From positions 3,643,587 to 3,707,586 of the forward strand of contig OZ252239.1 in NCBI GenBank assembly GCA_965249485.1: a stretch of 64,000 bases of DNA, read 5' to 3'. Positions 1 to 8,754 of the stretch are shown here, in pieces. Origin of the DNA: a bacterium (GTDB lineage Bacteria; SM23-31). The first letter of the stretch is position 1, and the number at the start of each line of letters is the position of its first letter. Made by a program: the position numbers and the translations under genes. The notes beneath the pieces were generated by a model that was not told the origin of the DNA, searched no databases, and saw only the letters and a list, made by a program, of their open reading frames with translations.

Positions 1-80
1 TTTACAACGATAAAGAAGATGTGGATGCACTGATAACCGGACTGAGAAAAGCGCGGGAGTTTTTTAAATATGAGCATTGA
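1..80 (+). CDS. sufS: Cysteine desulfurase SufS, C-terminal end (partial; N-terminus lies upstream of the window)
   Basis: Frame-3 translation YNDKEDVDALITGLRKAREFFKYEH* resembles the conserved SufS C-terminus (…YNTxEEVDRLVxGLxRIxRLL). Its stop overlaps the start of the downstream sufU-like gene, which suggests operon coupling. Confidence 0.5.
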   Translation, partial: YNDKEDVDALITGLRKAREFFKYEH

Positions 81-540
81 CGGACTTGATGAATTGTATC
101 AGGATACAATTCTTGACCACTATAAAAATCCGAGGGGTAATCACACTGTCGACAGGATCGATTCGGAGAAAAATGGGTACAACCCGGTCTGCGGTGACAA
201 AGTCCGTATACAAGTACATTTCAATAATAACAGTATAGAAGATATATCGGTCGAATCGTGCGGCTGTGCGATTAGCGTCGCATCAGGATCGATGTTGGCT
301 GAGCTTCTGCCTGGAAAAAATCTAGAAGAAGTCCAGAAAATAGCCGAATCATTCCAGGATATGATGCGCGGCAAGAAGATTCCTGAGGACATTGATTTCG
401 GCGACCTTGATGTCCTTGAAGGTGTTTCAAAATACCACTCACGTGTGAAATGCGCACTTTTAGCTTGGGTTACACTTCACGACTTGATCAAGTCGTGGCA
501 GTTACAAAATATTTCATCCATACACTCTACCACAGAATGA
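70..540 (+). CDS. sufU: Fe-S cluster assembly sulfur-acceptor/scaffold SufU (NifU/IscU-like)
   Basis: 156 aa. Conserved Cys in a CGD context, a second Cys in SCGCAIS and a third in KCAL, spaced as in SufU. Sits directly after the sufS tail. Confidence 0.8.
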   Translation: MSIDGLDELYQDTILDHYKNPRGNHTVDRIDSEKNGYNPVCGDKVRIQVHFNNNSIEDISVESCGCAISVASGSMLAELLPGKNLEEVQKIAESFQDMMRGKKIPEDIDFGDLDVLEGVSKYHSRVKCALLAWVTLHDLIKSWQLQNISSIHSTTE

Positions 541-555
541 AGAAAGTGGCAGAAA

Positions 556-867
556 ATGCTTATAAATGAAGATATAGTTTTTGAAGCTTTAAAAGTCGTC
601 GTCGATCCTGAAATCGGCCTTGGTATCGTTGAACTCGGTCTCGTCTATGGAGCCGATATCGAAGATGATGGGAAAAAGGTATCCGTAAGAATGACATTGA
701 CATCACCGATGTGTCCGTACGGCCCAATGATTATTCAGCATGTTGATGAGACAATTAAAATACTCCCCGGAGTAGAAGAAACCGACGTACAGGTTATCTG
801 GGAACCGCAGTGGGATCCTCGCACAATGGCCTCCGACGAGGTAAAGGACAAGCTGGGAATCTGGTAA
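556..867 (+). CDS. DUF59/MIP18-family Fe-S assembly protein (SufT-like)
   Basis: 103 aa. Shows the DUF59 signature (VVDPEIGLGIVELGLVY … TLTSPMCPYGPMI). Preceded by an RBS and located inside the suf-like operon. Confidence 0.7.
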   Translation: MLINEDIVFEALKVVVDPEIGLGIVELGLVYGADIEDDGKKVSVRMTLTSPMCPYGPMIIQHVDETIKILPGVEETDVQVIWEPQWDPRTMASDEVKDKLGIW

Positions 868-969
868 ATTCACATATTCACTATTTTATATAGATCGATG
901 TAACCAGGATGGTCTCATTGTACTATGAGGCTGCGACTATTAATATTTATTTTACTATGGGGTTAACTC

Positions 970-2040
970 GTGAATCAAGAAACTATACTTGATGCTCTTC
1001 GGATCGTCCAGGATCCTGACTTGCGTACCGATATTGTGACACTCGGCTTTGTCAAAGACATTACTATAAACGAGGGTCATGTCTCTTTCTCTATCGAATT
1101 GACTACACCCGCATGTCCGGTCAAAGACCAGCTCAAGAGTGAAGCATATAATGCAGTTTCGGCACTTCCCGGTGTTGAAAAAGTCGATATCAATATGACA
1201 TCGAATGTCCGGGGGACGCCGCAAGCTCCAAATCAGCAAATTCTTACCGGTGTAAAAAACATAATCCCGATTGCCAGTGGCAAGGGTGGTGTCGGAAAAT
1301 CGACCGTAAGCGCTAATATAGCAGCAGCGCTCAGCGTATCCGGATCTAAAGTTGGTCTGCTCGATGCGGACATTTATGGACCTAGTATTCCACAGCTTAT
1401 GGGAGTTACTGAGCAGCCGCAAGTAACCGACAACATGATCTTGCCGCTTGAAAGTCACGGTATTAAGGTCATGTCGATGGGATTTTTCACTCAGTCTGAC
1501 CAAGCGGTTGTATGGCGCGGCCCAATGCTCGCAAAAATGATGGAACAGTTTCTCACTAATGTCGAATGGGGAGAACTCGATTATCTCATAATAGACTTAC
1601 CCCCGGGAACAGGTGATATTCAGCTGAGTCTGTGTCAGATGATCCCGCTAACCGGTTCTGCCATTGTATCGACTCCGCAAGATGTTGCTCTGAATGTTGC
1701 CCGGAAGGCGATTCTCATGTTTAACCAGCTCAATACTCCGGTGCTCGGTATTATCGAAAACATGAGTTCGTTCATCTGTTCTCACTGCGCAACAGAAGAA
1801 AAAATCTTCGGTGAAGGCGGCGGCGAAAAGGCCAGTAATGAGTTCGGCGTTCCGTTTCTTGGCAAGATCCCGTTGACAACCGATATTCGTACAACATCAG
1901 ACCAGGGAAAACCAATTGTGCTTAACAATCCTGATTCTATTGAAGCGAAAACCTTTGTATCAGTAGCGAAAAACCTTGCTGCTCAGGTGAGTATCCGCAA
2001 TCTTGCTGAAAAAGACCAAGAAGTCAAAGTTACCTTTTAG
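970..2040 (+). CDS. apbC: Mrp/ApbC/NBP35-family Fe-S cluster carrier ATPase with an N-terminal DUF59 domain
   Basis: 356 aa with a GTG start. N-terminal DUF59 motif (IVQDPDLRTDIVTLGFV … TTPACP), deviant Walker A GKGGVGKST, and the C-terminal CxxC (FICSHCATEE) typical of Mrp/ApbC. Confidence 0.9.
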   Translation: MNQETILDALRIVQDPDLRTDIVTLGFVKDITINEGHVSFSIELTTPACPVKDQLKSEAYNAVSALPGVEKVDINMTSNVRGTPQAPNQQILTGVKNIIPIASGKGGVGKSTVSANIAAALSVSGSKVGLLDADIYGPSIPQLMGVTEQPQVTDNMILPLESHGIKVMSMGFFTQSDQAVVWRGPMLAKMMEQFLTNVEWGELDYLIIDLPPGTGDIQLSLCQMIPLTGSAIVSTPQDVALNVARKAILMFNQLNTPVLGIIENMSSFICSHCATEEKIFGEGGGEKASNEFGVPFLGKIPLTTDIRTTSDQGKPIVLNNPDSIEAKTFVSVAKNLAAQVSIRNLAEKDQEVKVTF

Positions 2041-2051
2041 ATATAAGATCT

Positions 2052-2357
2052 ATGAAAACGACCTCTCCTTCTCTCACTCCCGATGAGATCGGCCGTGCGA
2101 ATGAGTGGGATGTGAAAATCAGATGGAAAGACAGCCACGAAAGTATTTATATTGCCCGTGAGCTCAGGCTCGCCTGCCCGTGTGCGGGTTGTGTTGAAGA
2201 GATGACCGGTAGGCCTCTTATCAGACCTGAACTCATTCCAAATGACGTCCAACCGCTCAAAATCAGCCTTGTTGGAAGGTATGCAATTAAGATAAACTGG
2301 AGTGACGGCCACGACACCGGTTTCTATACCTTCGAGTATCTCCGCAAAATGGGATAA
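2052..2357 (+). CDS. DUF971 family protein (gamma-butyrobetaine hydroxylase N-terminal-like; CxCxxC metal site)
   Basis: 101 aa containing the CPCAGC motif. Begins 12 nt after apbC, so is probably co-transcribed with it. Confidence 0.55.
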   Translation: MKTTSPSLTPDEIGRANEWDVKIRWKDSHESIYIARELRLACPCAGCVEEMTGRPLIRPELIPNDVQPLKISLVGRYAIKINWSDGHDTGFYTFEYLRKMG

Positions 2358-2541
2358 AGAATATCCTATATCAAATTATTTATCTTTTTAAAATTTACAG
2401 TTATTTATATTGTGTTATAAGTTATAGTTGTCTCAGTTAAACTTTACAATTGAGAAATGCTTATATTCGTTCCTCTCTTATTTAATCATTGACCTTCCTG
2501 ATTCTTCCTTCTACAACAACATCTTTTTATATTATAAGGTG

Positions 2542-2997
2542 TTAATATTTGAACTTCTTCGGAAGTAAGGCATCTACAGACCACGTCCCACCTCCGGCAA
2601 TGGACAGATAGATGGAACCAAGAAGCATTGCGAAATCGGTTCGGGCGTCATGTGCAAATTGCCAAAAACCGCTTTCGAAAAGTATAGATATTTTAGTAGA
2701 AACGATAGCGATTAGCATGATTATTATTAATGGTACAGAGGCTTTTCTGGTATACAAACCAATCAGGATCAATACACCACATAGTATTTCAAATGAACCG
2801 ACGAACGGACCTGTAAATTCCGGATATGGAATACCGATCTTGATGAAACGTCCTACTCCCCGTATCTCAGAATAGAGAAATTTCTGAATCCCTTCCGACA
2901 GAAAAACTGATCCCACCATAAGACGGATTAATATTCCGGATGATAGTATTATTTCTTCCCAATTTTTCTTATCCGTTATCATAATATGACCATCCAA
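2542..2997 (-). CDS. DoxX-family integral membrane protein
   Basis: 151 aa with 4 predicted TM helices. Hydrophobic pattern and length are typical of DoxX. Confidence 0.55.
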   Translation of the reverse strand: MDGHIMITDKKNWEEIILSSGILIRLMVGSVFLSEGIQKFLYSEIRGVGRFIKIGIPYPEFTGPFVGSFEILCGVLILIGLYTRKASVPLIIIMLIAIVSTKISILFESGFWQFAHDARTDFAMLLGSIYLSIAGGGTWSVDALLPKKFKY

Positions 2998-3098
2998 TTT
3001 AATAAAATTTCAGTACTCTTACAATTTTACGGATTGTAATATTTTCGCTTATGATCAAGATTCTTTTGTGATAAACAAGGAGATGTTATTAAAATTTT

Positions 3099-4187
3099 CT
3101 ATAAACTTCCCAAATGCACTGCCATCCTTTTACTGCTCCAGTCCTCTTTACCATGAGGACTGAAATGGCCGGCTATTTCCTCATCGCATGAAGCACAACG
3201 GTTGTTTGTGAGGTTGTAGGCACCGAGTTCATACCAGTCACGTTCTATCAACAGATTGCTACAAATCGGACAGTAGGTGCTGCTCCCCGCTTTATCATGA
3301 ACGTTCCCGGTGTATACATACCGGATACCTTTCGAAATTGCTATATCACGTGCCCTTGTTAATGTTTCCGGCGGTGTCGGTGGACGGTCTCGCAACTTAA
3401 AATCGGGATGGAATGCGGTAAAATGAAGCGGAACATCAATACCAAGCGTCCCGGAAACCCACTCGGCGAGTTCATTTAATTCAGCATCGCTGTCGTTTGC
3501 ACCGGGTATGAGAAGTGTTGTAATTTCAAACCATACATCGGTCTCATGTTTCAAGTATTTAAGAGTCTCGAGAATTGGCTCGAATTCTGCAAGACAGAGT
3601 TTTTTGTAAAATTCACTCGTGAATGCCTTTAAGTCAACATTCGCGGCATCCATGTTATCAAAAAATTCAGACCGCGCTTCTTCTGTAATATATCCAGCTG
3701 TCACAGCAACGGTTTTAATTCCGAGTTCTCTGCATGCCTGTGCGATATCGATGGCGTATTCGGCAAATATCACCGGATCATTATAAGTGAATGCAACAGA
3801 TTTACATCCAAGGCGCTGTGCTGATTGTGCAATTTTTTCCGGAGAAGCACTATCGGCAAGAGTATCGATTTCTTTCGATTTGCTAATATCCCAGTTCTGG
3901 CAAAACTTGCAGCCAAGGTTACAACCCGCTGTGCCGAATGATAGTATACTTGATCCGGGGTAAAAATGGTTGAGCGGTTTTTTTTCGACCGGATCGACAC
4001 AGAATCCGCTGCTTCTTCCATATGTTGTTAGAACCATGTTATCATTGTGGTTCATCCGAACGAAACAAAAGCCGCGCTGCCCATTGTGAATTCTGCAATA
4101 ACGGGGACAGAGGTCACATTGTATGCGTCCGTCGTCGAGACGGTGCCAGTATCGGCCGGGAAAATAGGTTGATTCGAGTGTAGACAT
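3099..4187 (-). CDS. amrS: AmmeMemoRadiSam-system radical SAM enzyme
   Basis: 362 aa. N-terminal Cys motif CDLCPRYC, followed by the radical-SAM CxxxCxxC element embedded in GCNLGCKFCQNW. Length and layout match the AmmeMemoRadiSam family, which resembles PFL-activase. Confidence 0.8.
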   Translation of the reverse strand: MSTLESTYFPGRYWHRLDDGRIQCDLCPRYCRIHNGQRGFCFVRMNHNDNMVLTTYGRSSGFCVDPVEKKPLNHFYPGSSILSFGTAGCNLGCKFCQNWDISKSKEIDTLADSASPEKIAQSAQRLGCKSVAFTYNDPVIFAEYAIDIAQACRELGIKTVAVTAGYITEEARSEFFDNMDAANVDLKAFTSEFYKKLCLAEFEPILETLKYLKHETDVWFEITTLLIPGANDSDAELNELAEWVSGTLGIDVPLHFTAFHPDFKLRDRPPTPPETLTRARDIAISKGIRYVYTGNVHDKAGSSTYCPICSNLLIERDWYELGAYNLTNNRCASCDEEIAGHFSPHGKEDWSSKRMAVHLGSL

Positions 4188-4406
4188 AGTAGGATAATAT
4201 ATAAATAATTAAGAATTTTCGTGCATTCAATAAAAAAATTTCTTATATATAGTACTGACCATCGGTATGGATTGTTTCTTTAAGCACGTTTGACGTTTAT
4301 GGGCTTCTAGAAAAGTAACCGAATGTGGTTATAAAGTCAAGAAAGCATATATTATAATATCTTGAGATTTCAATCGCTTTACTGAAATAAATGACAGGAA
4401 CATCGT

Positions 4407-4736
4407 ATGAACTTTTTCACCGAAAGTTGTAAAGAATGCAAAGCAGAAGAAAACGTACAGATGTGTCAATTCTGCCATAAGATGATCTGCTCAACGTGTT
4501 TGGAACGGCTTACATACCGGCAAGACACTCCACAATGGTTTATAGGCAAAAAAGTAAAAGATTTTACAGAGTTTCGAAACTTATACCACGAATACTGCAA
4601 AATTATTAAGAAAAAGGGCGGTAATATTCACTGCTGCGATAATTTTTTACAGGAAACTTGGACAGTCATTTCAAAACAGGTGAAACAGCTTGTACATGAC
4701 CGAGACCAGAAAGCAAGCTCCATTATTCTTAAATAA
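4407..4736 (+). CDS. Hypothetical Cys-rich small protein (three tandem CxxC pairs plus CC; zinc-ribbon-like)
   Basis: 109 aa. CxxC pairs CKEC, CQFC and CSTC, plus HCC. Sits in an AT-rich intergenic context. No recognisable family. Confidence 0.35.
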   Translation: MNFFTESCKECKAEENVQMCQFCHKMICSTCLERLTYRQDTPQWFIGKKVKDFTEFRNLYHEYCKIIKKKGGNIHCCDNFLQETWTVISKQVKQLVHDRDQKASSIILK

Positions 4737-4910
4737 CTTTATAGAGTGTTAGTATTCATACTCTGTTTATCCTGCTCTATTTTGTATCATTTCCAATACA
4801 TTACCATTTGATTTTCCTGCGTAGATTAACCTTGAAATTAATTACCTAATTTCGTAACGTAATCGGTTGTAATTCTTGTCACGAAATATAATTAAAATGT
4901 GGAGTTCAGA

Positions 4911-5498
4911 ATGAAGTGTGAAAATATCCTTATACTAATAACTGTGATAACAGTGTTCAGCGGTTGTTCATCTTCAGACACACCGCCAGCGATACAGAGT
5001 CAACGGACCATTCCTCAGATTCAGCAGGCACCTGCTGGATATTTGTTGTTTACCGTACCTGAAGAATGGACGCCGGAACAACCTGCAAGTAGTATGCGCC
5101 TTGCACAATACAGTCTACCGGGTATTGACGGTATGGCATCTGCAGAGTTGGCAGTCTTTTCTGGTATCGGCGGAACTCCTGAAGAAAACATTGAGAGATG
5201 GTATGGCCAGTTTACCCAGCCCAATGGTGGTAGCGTCGGAGAAAATGCTGAAATTGAAAAAATAACAGTCAATGACATTCCGGTTACTGTCATTTATTTT
5301 GCCGGAACCTTTTTAAAATCAAGAGCCCCAATGATGATGAGCGGCCCTGTCGACGAACTTCACGGATATGCCTTGCTTGCGGCGATAGCAGAGACACCAT
5401 CCGGTGCGTGGCATTTCAAGGCCACCGGACCGGAGAAGACTATCAACACATGGCGTGACAGTTTCAATGAATTTGTCCAATCCTTCTACATGCAGTAA
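4911..5498 (+). CDS. Hypothetical lipoprotein
   Basis: The second in-frame ATG has a GGAG RBS. It is followed by a signal peptide with lipobox VFSGC. No recognisable family. Confidence 0.5.
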   Translation: MKCENILILITVITVFSGCSSSDTPPAIQSQRTIPQIQQAPAGYLLFTVPEEWTPEQPASSMRLAQYSLPGIDGMASAELAVFSGIGGTPEENIERWYGQFTQPNGGSVGENAEIEKITVNDIPVTVIYFAGTFLKSRAPMMMSGPVDELHGYALLAAIAETPSGAWHFKATGPEKTINTWRDSFNEFVQSFYMQ

Positions 5499-5554
5499 TA
5501 TATTTCCTGTATTGACATTTAGTTTTTTTAGCTGTTGAATTGTCTATAACATAC

Positions 5555-5585
5555 AAAAAAGGGGCACAAATAAATGCCCCTTTTT
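5555..5585. terminator. Bidirectional Rho-independent terminator between convergent genes
   Basis: AAAAAA-GGGGCA-caaataaa-TGCCCC-TTTTT, a GC stem flanked by an A-run and a T-run. Confidence 0.75.
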
Positions 5586-5639
5586 AATTATCACAACTAT
5601 TTCAGTTCATCAAAATCAAGACACTCCTCATTCCCTACT

Positions 5640-7214
5640 TCACTTTTCCAGTGTTGGATATTCTATTCCGAGCTGCTCAAGATAGGAATCATACCTTGAT
5701 GGATCAAAATAGAATTCTTTTAGCATTGGACGATACCGATTCATCTTCTCTTCATTGAGATCAATTGCCGGCATATCGGATTCGCTAATGAGCGGAGTGT
5801 ATGACCCGGCTTCAGCCTGGACTGTATTGAAGTAGTCCCAAGCCTCTTCTACCAGCTCTTCTTTCAAGAGAAAATCAAGCAGCGTCATCGCAACCACTTT
5901 TGCTCCTGCTGTTGCCCCTTTATGGGCAATCGGGGTCGCCATAGAAACTGCATTTGACCAGTGATGTCCCGGCAAGCCTGAAATGTTAGATGGAAACCGA
6001 AGTGTGACGGTAGGAACTTTCCAGGACACATCACCGATATCATCGGATCCTCCACTTTGAGGCTCTTCTATCGGTTCCGGAAGTGGTTCAATCTCTGTTT
6101 TCAGTCCCTCCTGCTCATCTGCACCCATAACTTTCTGGACAGCTTTTGCGAGTGCCTGGTCGTCATCACTCCAATCCGGGAGACCGACCTCTTCAATGTT
6201 TTCATATATTGTTTCAGCAAGCGTTTTATTAAAGTGGCGCGGCCATGCAGTCCCGAGAATGCGCAATTCGACTTCTGTATCGGTCATCATCGCAGCAGCT
6301 TGTGCCATTGTATTTCCAATTTCAAAATTTTTCTTAATGCTTTCATAATCGATTTCACGGAAGTAATACCAAACCGATGCTTCTGAGGGAACGACATTCG
6401 GCTGCGAACCTCCATTGGTAATTACATAATGGGACCGTTGTAACGGTCTTAAATGCTCACGTCGGAAATTCCAGCCGCTGTTCATAAGTTCCACCGCATC
6501 GAGTGCACTTCTTCCTCTCCAGGGGGCACCTGCACCGTGTGCTGTCTGACCGGAAAAGGTGTACTCAACCGACACAAGTCCAGTCCCTGTTCCGGGACCG
6601 TATTGCACGCTCATGTTATTACTTACATGGGTAAAAATGGTGAGATCAACATCTTCGAAATATCCCGCCCTGACAAAATAGGCTTTAGTTGCAACAAGTT
6701 CCTCTGCTACTCCAGGCCATAAGATGAGTGTGCCCGACATATTCTCACGTTCCATAATTTCTTTCACAACAAGTGCAGCCGTCACATTGACAGCCTGTCC
6801 CGAATTATGCCCCTCACCGTGACCCGGCGCACCTACTATCAGAGGAGATTGGTACGCTACACCTGGTTTCTGTGATGTTTCCGGAAGCCCGTCGAAATCA
6901 CTGCCAATCGAGATTACCGGTTCTCCAGATCCCCAACGTGCAAACCACGCTGTCGGTATTCCTGCGGCATTTGTTTCAATCTCAAATCCATTATTGCTAA
7001 GAATATCTGTAATATAACGTGATGTTTCGAATTCCTGAAATCCTAGCTCACTGAAGCTGAAAATCATATCTACCATTTGTTGTGTGAATATTCTTTTGTT
7101 TTCAACGGCATCAGCAGCTTCTCGTTTCAGCTTGTTCAAATTCTGAGCAAACACTGAAACGCTCATGGCAGCTAAACAAAGAGCAATAAATAGAATACGT
7201 ATACTTCTGCTCAT
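5640..7214 (-). CDS. Secreted M20-family peptidase/amidohydrolase (AbgB-like)
   Basis: 524 aa. N-terminal signal peptide MSRSIRILFIALCLAAMSVSVFA. Metal-binding region HGEGHNSG and overall M20 dimerisation-domain layout. Confidence 0.7.
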   Translation of the reverse strand: MSRSIRILFIALCLAAMSVSVFAQNLNKLKREAADAVENKRIFTQQMVDMIFSFSELGFQEFETSRYITDILSNNGFEIETNAAGIPTAWFARWGSGEPVISIGSDFDGLPETSQKPGVAYQSPLIVGAPGHGEGHNSGQAVNVTAALVVKEIMERENMSGTLILWPGVAEELVATKAYFVRAGYFEDVDLTIFTHVSNNMSVQYGPGTGTGLVSVEYTFSGQTAHGAGAPWRGRSALDAVELMNSGWNFRREHLRPLQRSHYVITNGGSQPNVVPSEASVWYYFREIDYESIKKNFEIGNTMAQAAAMMTDTEVELRILGTAWPRHFNKTLAETIYENIEEVGLPDWSDDDQALAKAVQKVMGADEQEGLKTEIEPLPEPIEEPQSGGSDDIGDVSWKVPTVTLRFPSNISGLPGHHWSNAVSMATPIAHKGATAGAKVVAMTLLDFLLKEELVEEAWDYFNTVQAEAGSYTPLISESDMPAIDLNEEKMNRYRPMLKEFYFDPSRYDSYLEQLGIEYPTLEK

Positions 7215-7496
7215 AACAGCTCCTCCTGTATAAATTATGTATGATCTGATAATTGTATATTGAAATTATATTAATTTTCTTTTCATGGAAAAAACGATAT
7301 TGAGTACACGTAATCATGCTCTACAGACTGCTGATCCGTGCTGTGTTGTTAAATTGGTGCATTGAGGAAAGAGTAATATAGAAAATGATTTGATTATCTC
7401 AAATATTTATTTGTTCAATTCGGGAAAATGCAAGTAGGAATGCAATGATCCAAGTTATGTGAATAGCAATAAAAATATTGGTGTTATGTTGTGATG

Positions 7497-7931
7497 TTAT
7501 TTAATATAGTCAAGTTTTCCCAGAACATAAAAGGTTTGATAATAGCCGGCACTGTTGTTTTCCAGAAATGTGTGAATCCATTGGAGACGTGTCTTCTGAT
7601 CATAGCCACCGCCGTCATGTGTCCATCTGATAAAAACAGACTGGTCTGTAATCGGCAGCTGTTTTACATTGGCCATCCAGCCATACCATTTAAAAGAATT
7701 TCGCAATAAATACTGCTCGACATTAGACGTATAGAACGAACTAACCGTAAGAAAACGCTCTCTCAGGAATTCTGATATTTTGTGGAGTGTCCAGCTTCCG
7801 GCAAAATCGCCGGTGACCGGAATGATTCTGTTCTTTTTATGGAGATATCTCAGAAACTTGTAATCATCGTTACTATTAAAGGGATTTTGGTGTATCCCGC
7901 CTTCTGATCTCATGCGGAGTACTTGACCCAA
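7497..7931 (-). CDS. Hypothetical protein; possibly the frameshifted C-terminal continuation of the upstream ORF
   Basis: 144 aa ORF that overlaps the preceding ORF by 56 nt in another frame. It has only a TTG start and no RBS. Confidence 0.25.
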   Translation of the reverse strand: MGQVLRMRSEGGIHQNPFNSNDDYKFLRYLHKKNRIIPVTGDFAGSWTLHKISEFLRERFLTVSSFYTSNVEQYLLRNSFKWYGWMANVKQLPITDQSVFIRWTHDGGGYDQKTRLQWIHTFLENNSAGYYQTFYVLGKLDYIK

Positions 7932-8619
7932 AGATCGGATACCATGACCTTTTTGAACCGTTGTAAGTTATATCGATATTGTATTGATAGAAGTTTTCGA
8001 GAACTTTTCTGAGAGCATTTTTATCCCTCTCTGTCAGAGTAAAACCATACGTATTAGATAATCGGCTTTCAATTTTAGACCGTGTTGTTGTAAGCATCTG
8101 TCGGTCGGATTGTGCCGTAGAAAAAAACTCTATGATCAACTCGATATTATTATCTTTATTAAGATCAGAGGATGAGTCAAGCGGCTTAGAAAAGAGCAGA
8201 GACAAGAATTCAGCACGGGTATCAGCCAGTTCGAAGAGCACCTTATAGACAAGGTGTTGCATAGTATTTTGATGCCTGATATCGACAATAAACGCTAATT
8301 GGGGTTTTATTGCAGATATATACACGAAGTTCTGATTGGGTCCGACACCGAGGTAAACACCTCCATTCACTAAATTCTTCTCGATTGACGGCAGCACATT
8401 GAGATAAGTCAATTCATTCGATATCCAATTATCACTCGGAAAATATCCGCCATATTCTGAAAATGTTGTCACAATTTTTGAAAATTCCTTGTCAGATATG
8501 TCAGGAAAGGTCTGAGCAGTTACAGGAACTGTATAAGATATGGTGATCAACCAGAATATGAAAATGAATCGCACAAACATAGATAAGGTATTGTTGGACG
8601 TATTCATTGTTTGAGTCAT
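7876..8619 (-). CDS. Hypothetical exported protein
   Basis: 247 aa with an N-terminal TM/signal segment. No recognisable family. Confidence 0.4.
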   Translation of the reverse strand: MTQTMNTSNNTLSMFVRFIFIFWLITISYTVPVTAQTFPDISDKEFSKIVTTFSEYGGYFPSDNWISNELTYLNVLPSIEKNLVNGGVYLGVGPNQNFVYISAIKPQLAFIVDIRHQNTMQHLVYKVLFELADTRAEFLSLLFSKPLDSSSDLNKDNNIELIIEFFSTAQSDRQMLTTTRSKIESRLSNTYGFTLTERDKNALRKVLENFYQYNIDITYNGSKRSWYPIFGSSTPHEIRRRDTPKSL

Positions 8620-8754
8620 AACGCTTATACTCCTTACATATCATTCCCAACTTACCGATTAAATCATTATTTCATTTTCGGTGTAGCCTTCTTTTTACTC
8701 CTCTTTATTGCAACAATTGTATTGATTTAAATTATCCCAAAATGTTATAAGTTT

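Noticed and set aside
141-457. Antisense ORFs (141–392 and 272–457, minus strand) inside sufU; similar shadow ORFs inside many long genes, for example 6057–6386, 10352–10864, 34180–34695, 48421–48987 and 57826–58269
   Set aside because: They lie fully within well-supported genes on the opposite strand, have no RBS, and their translations are low-complexity. These are typical shadow ORFs.
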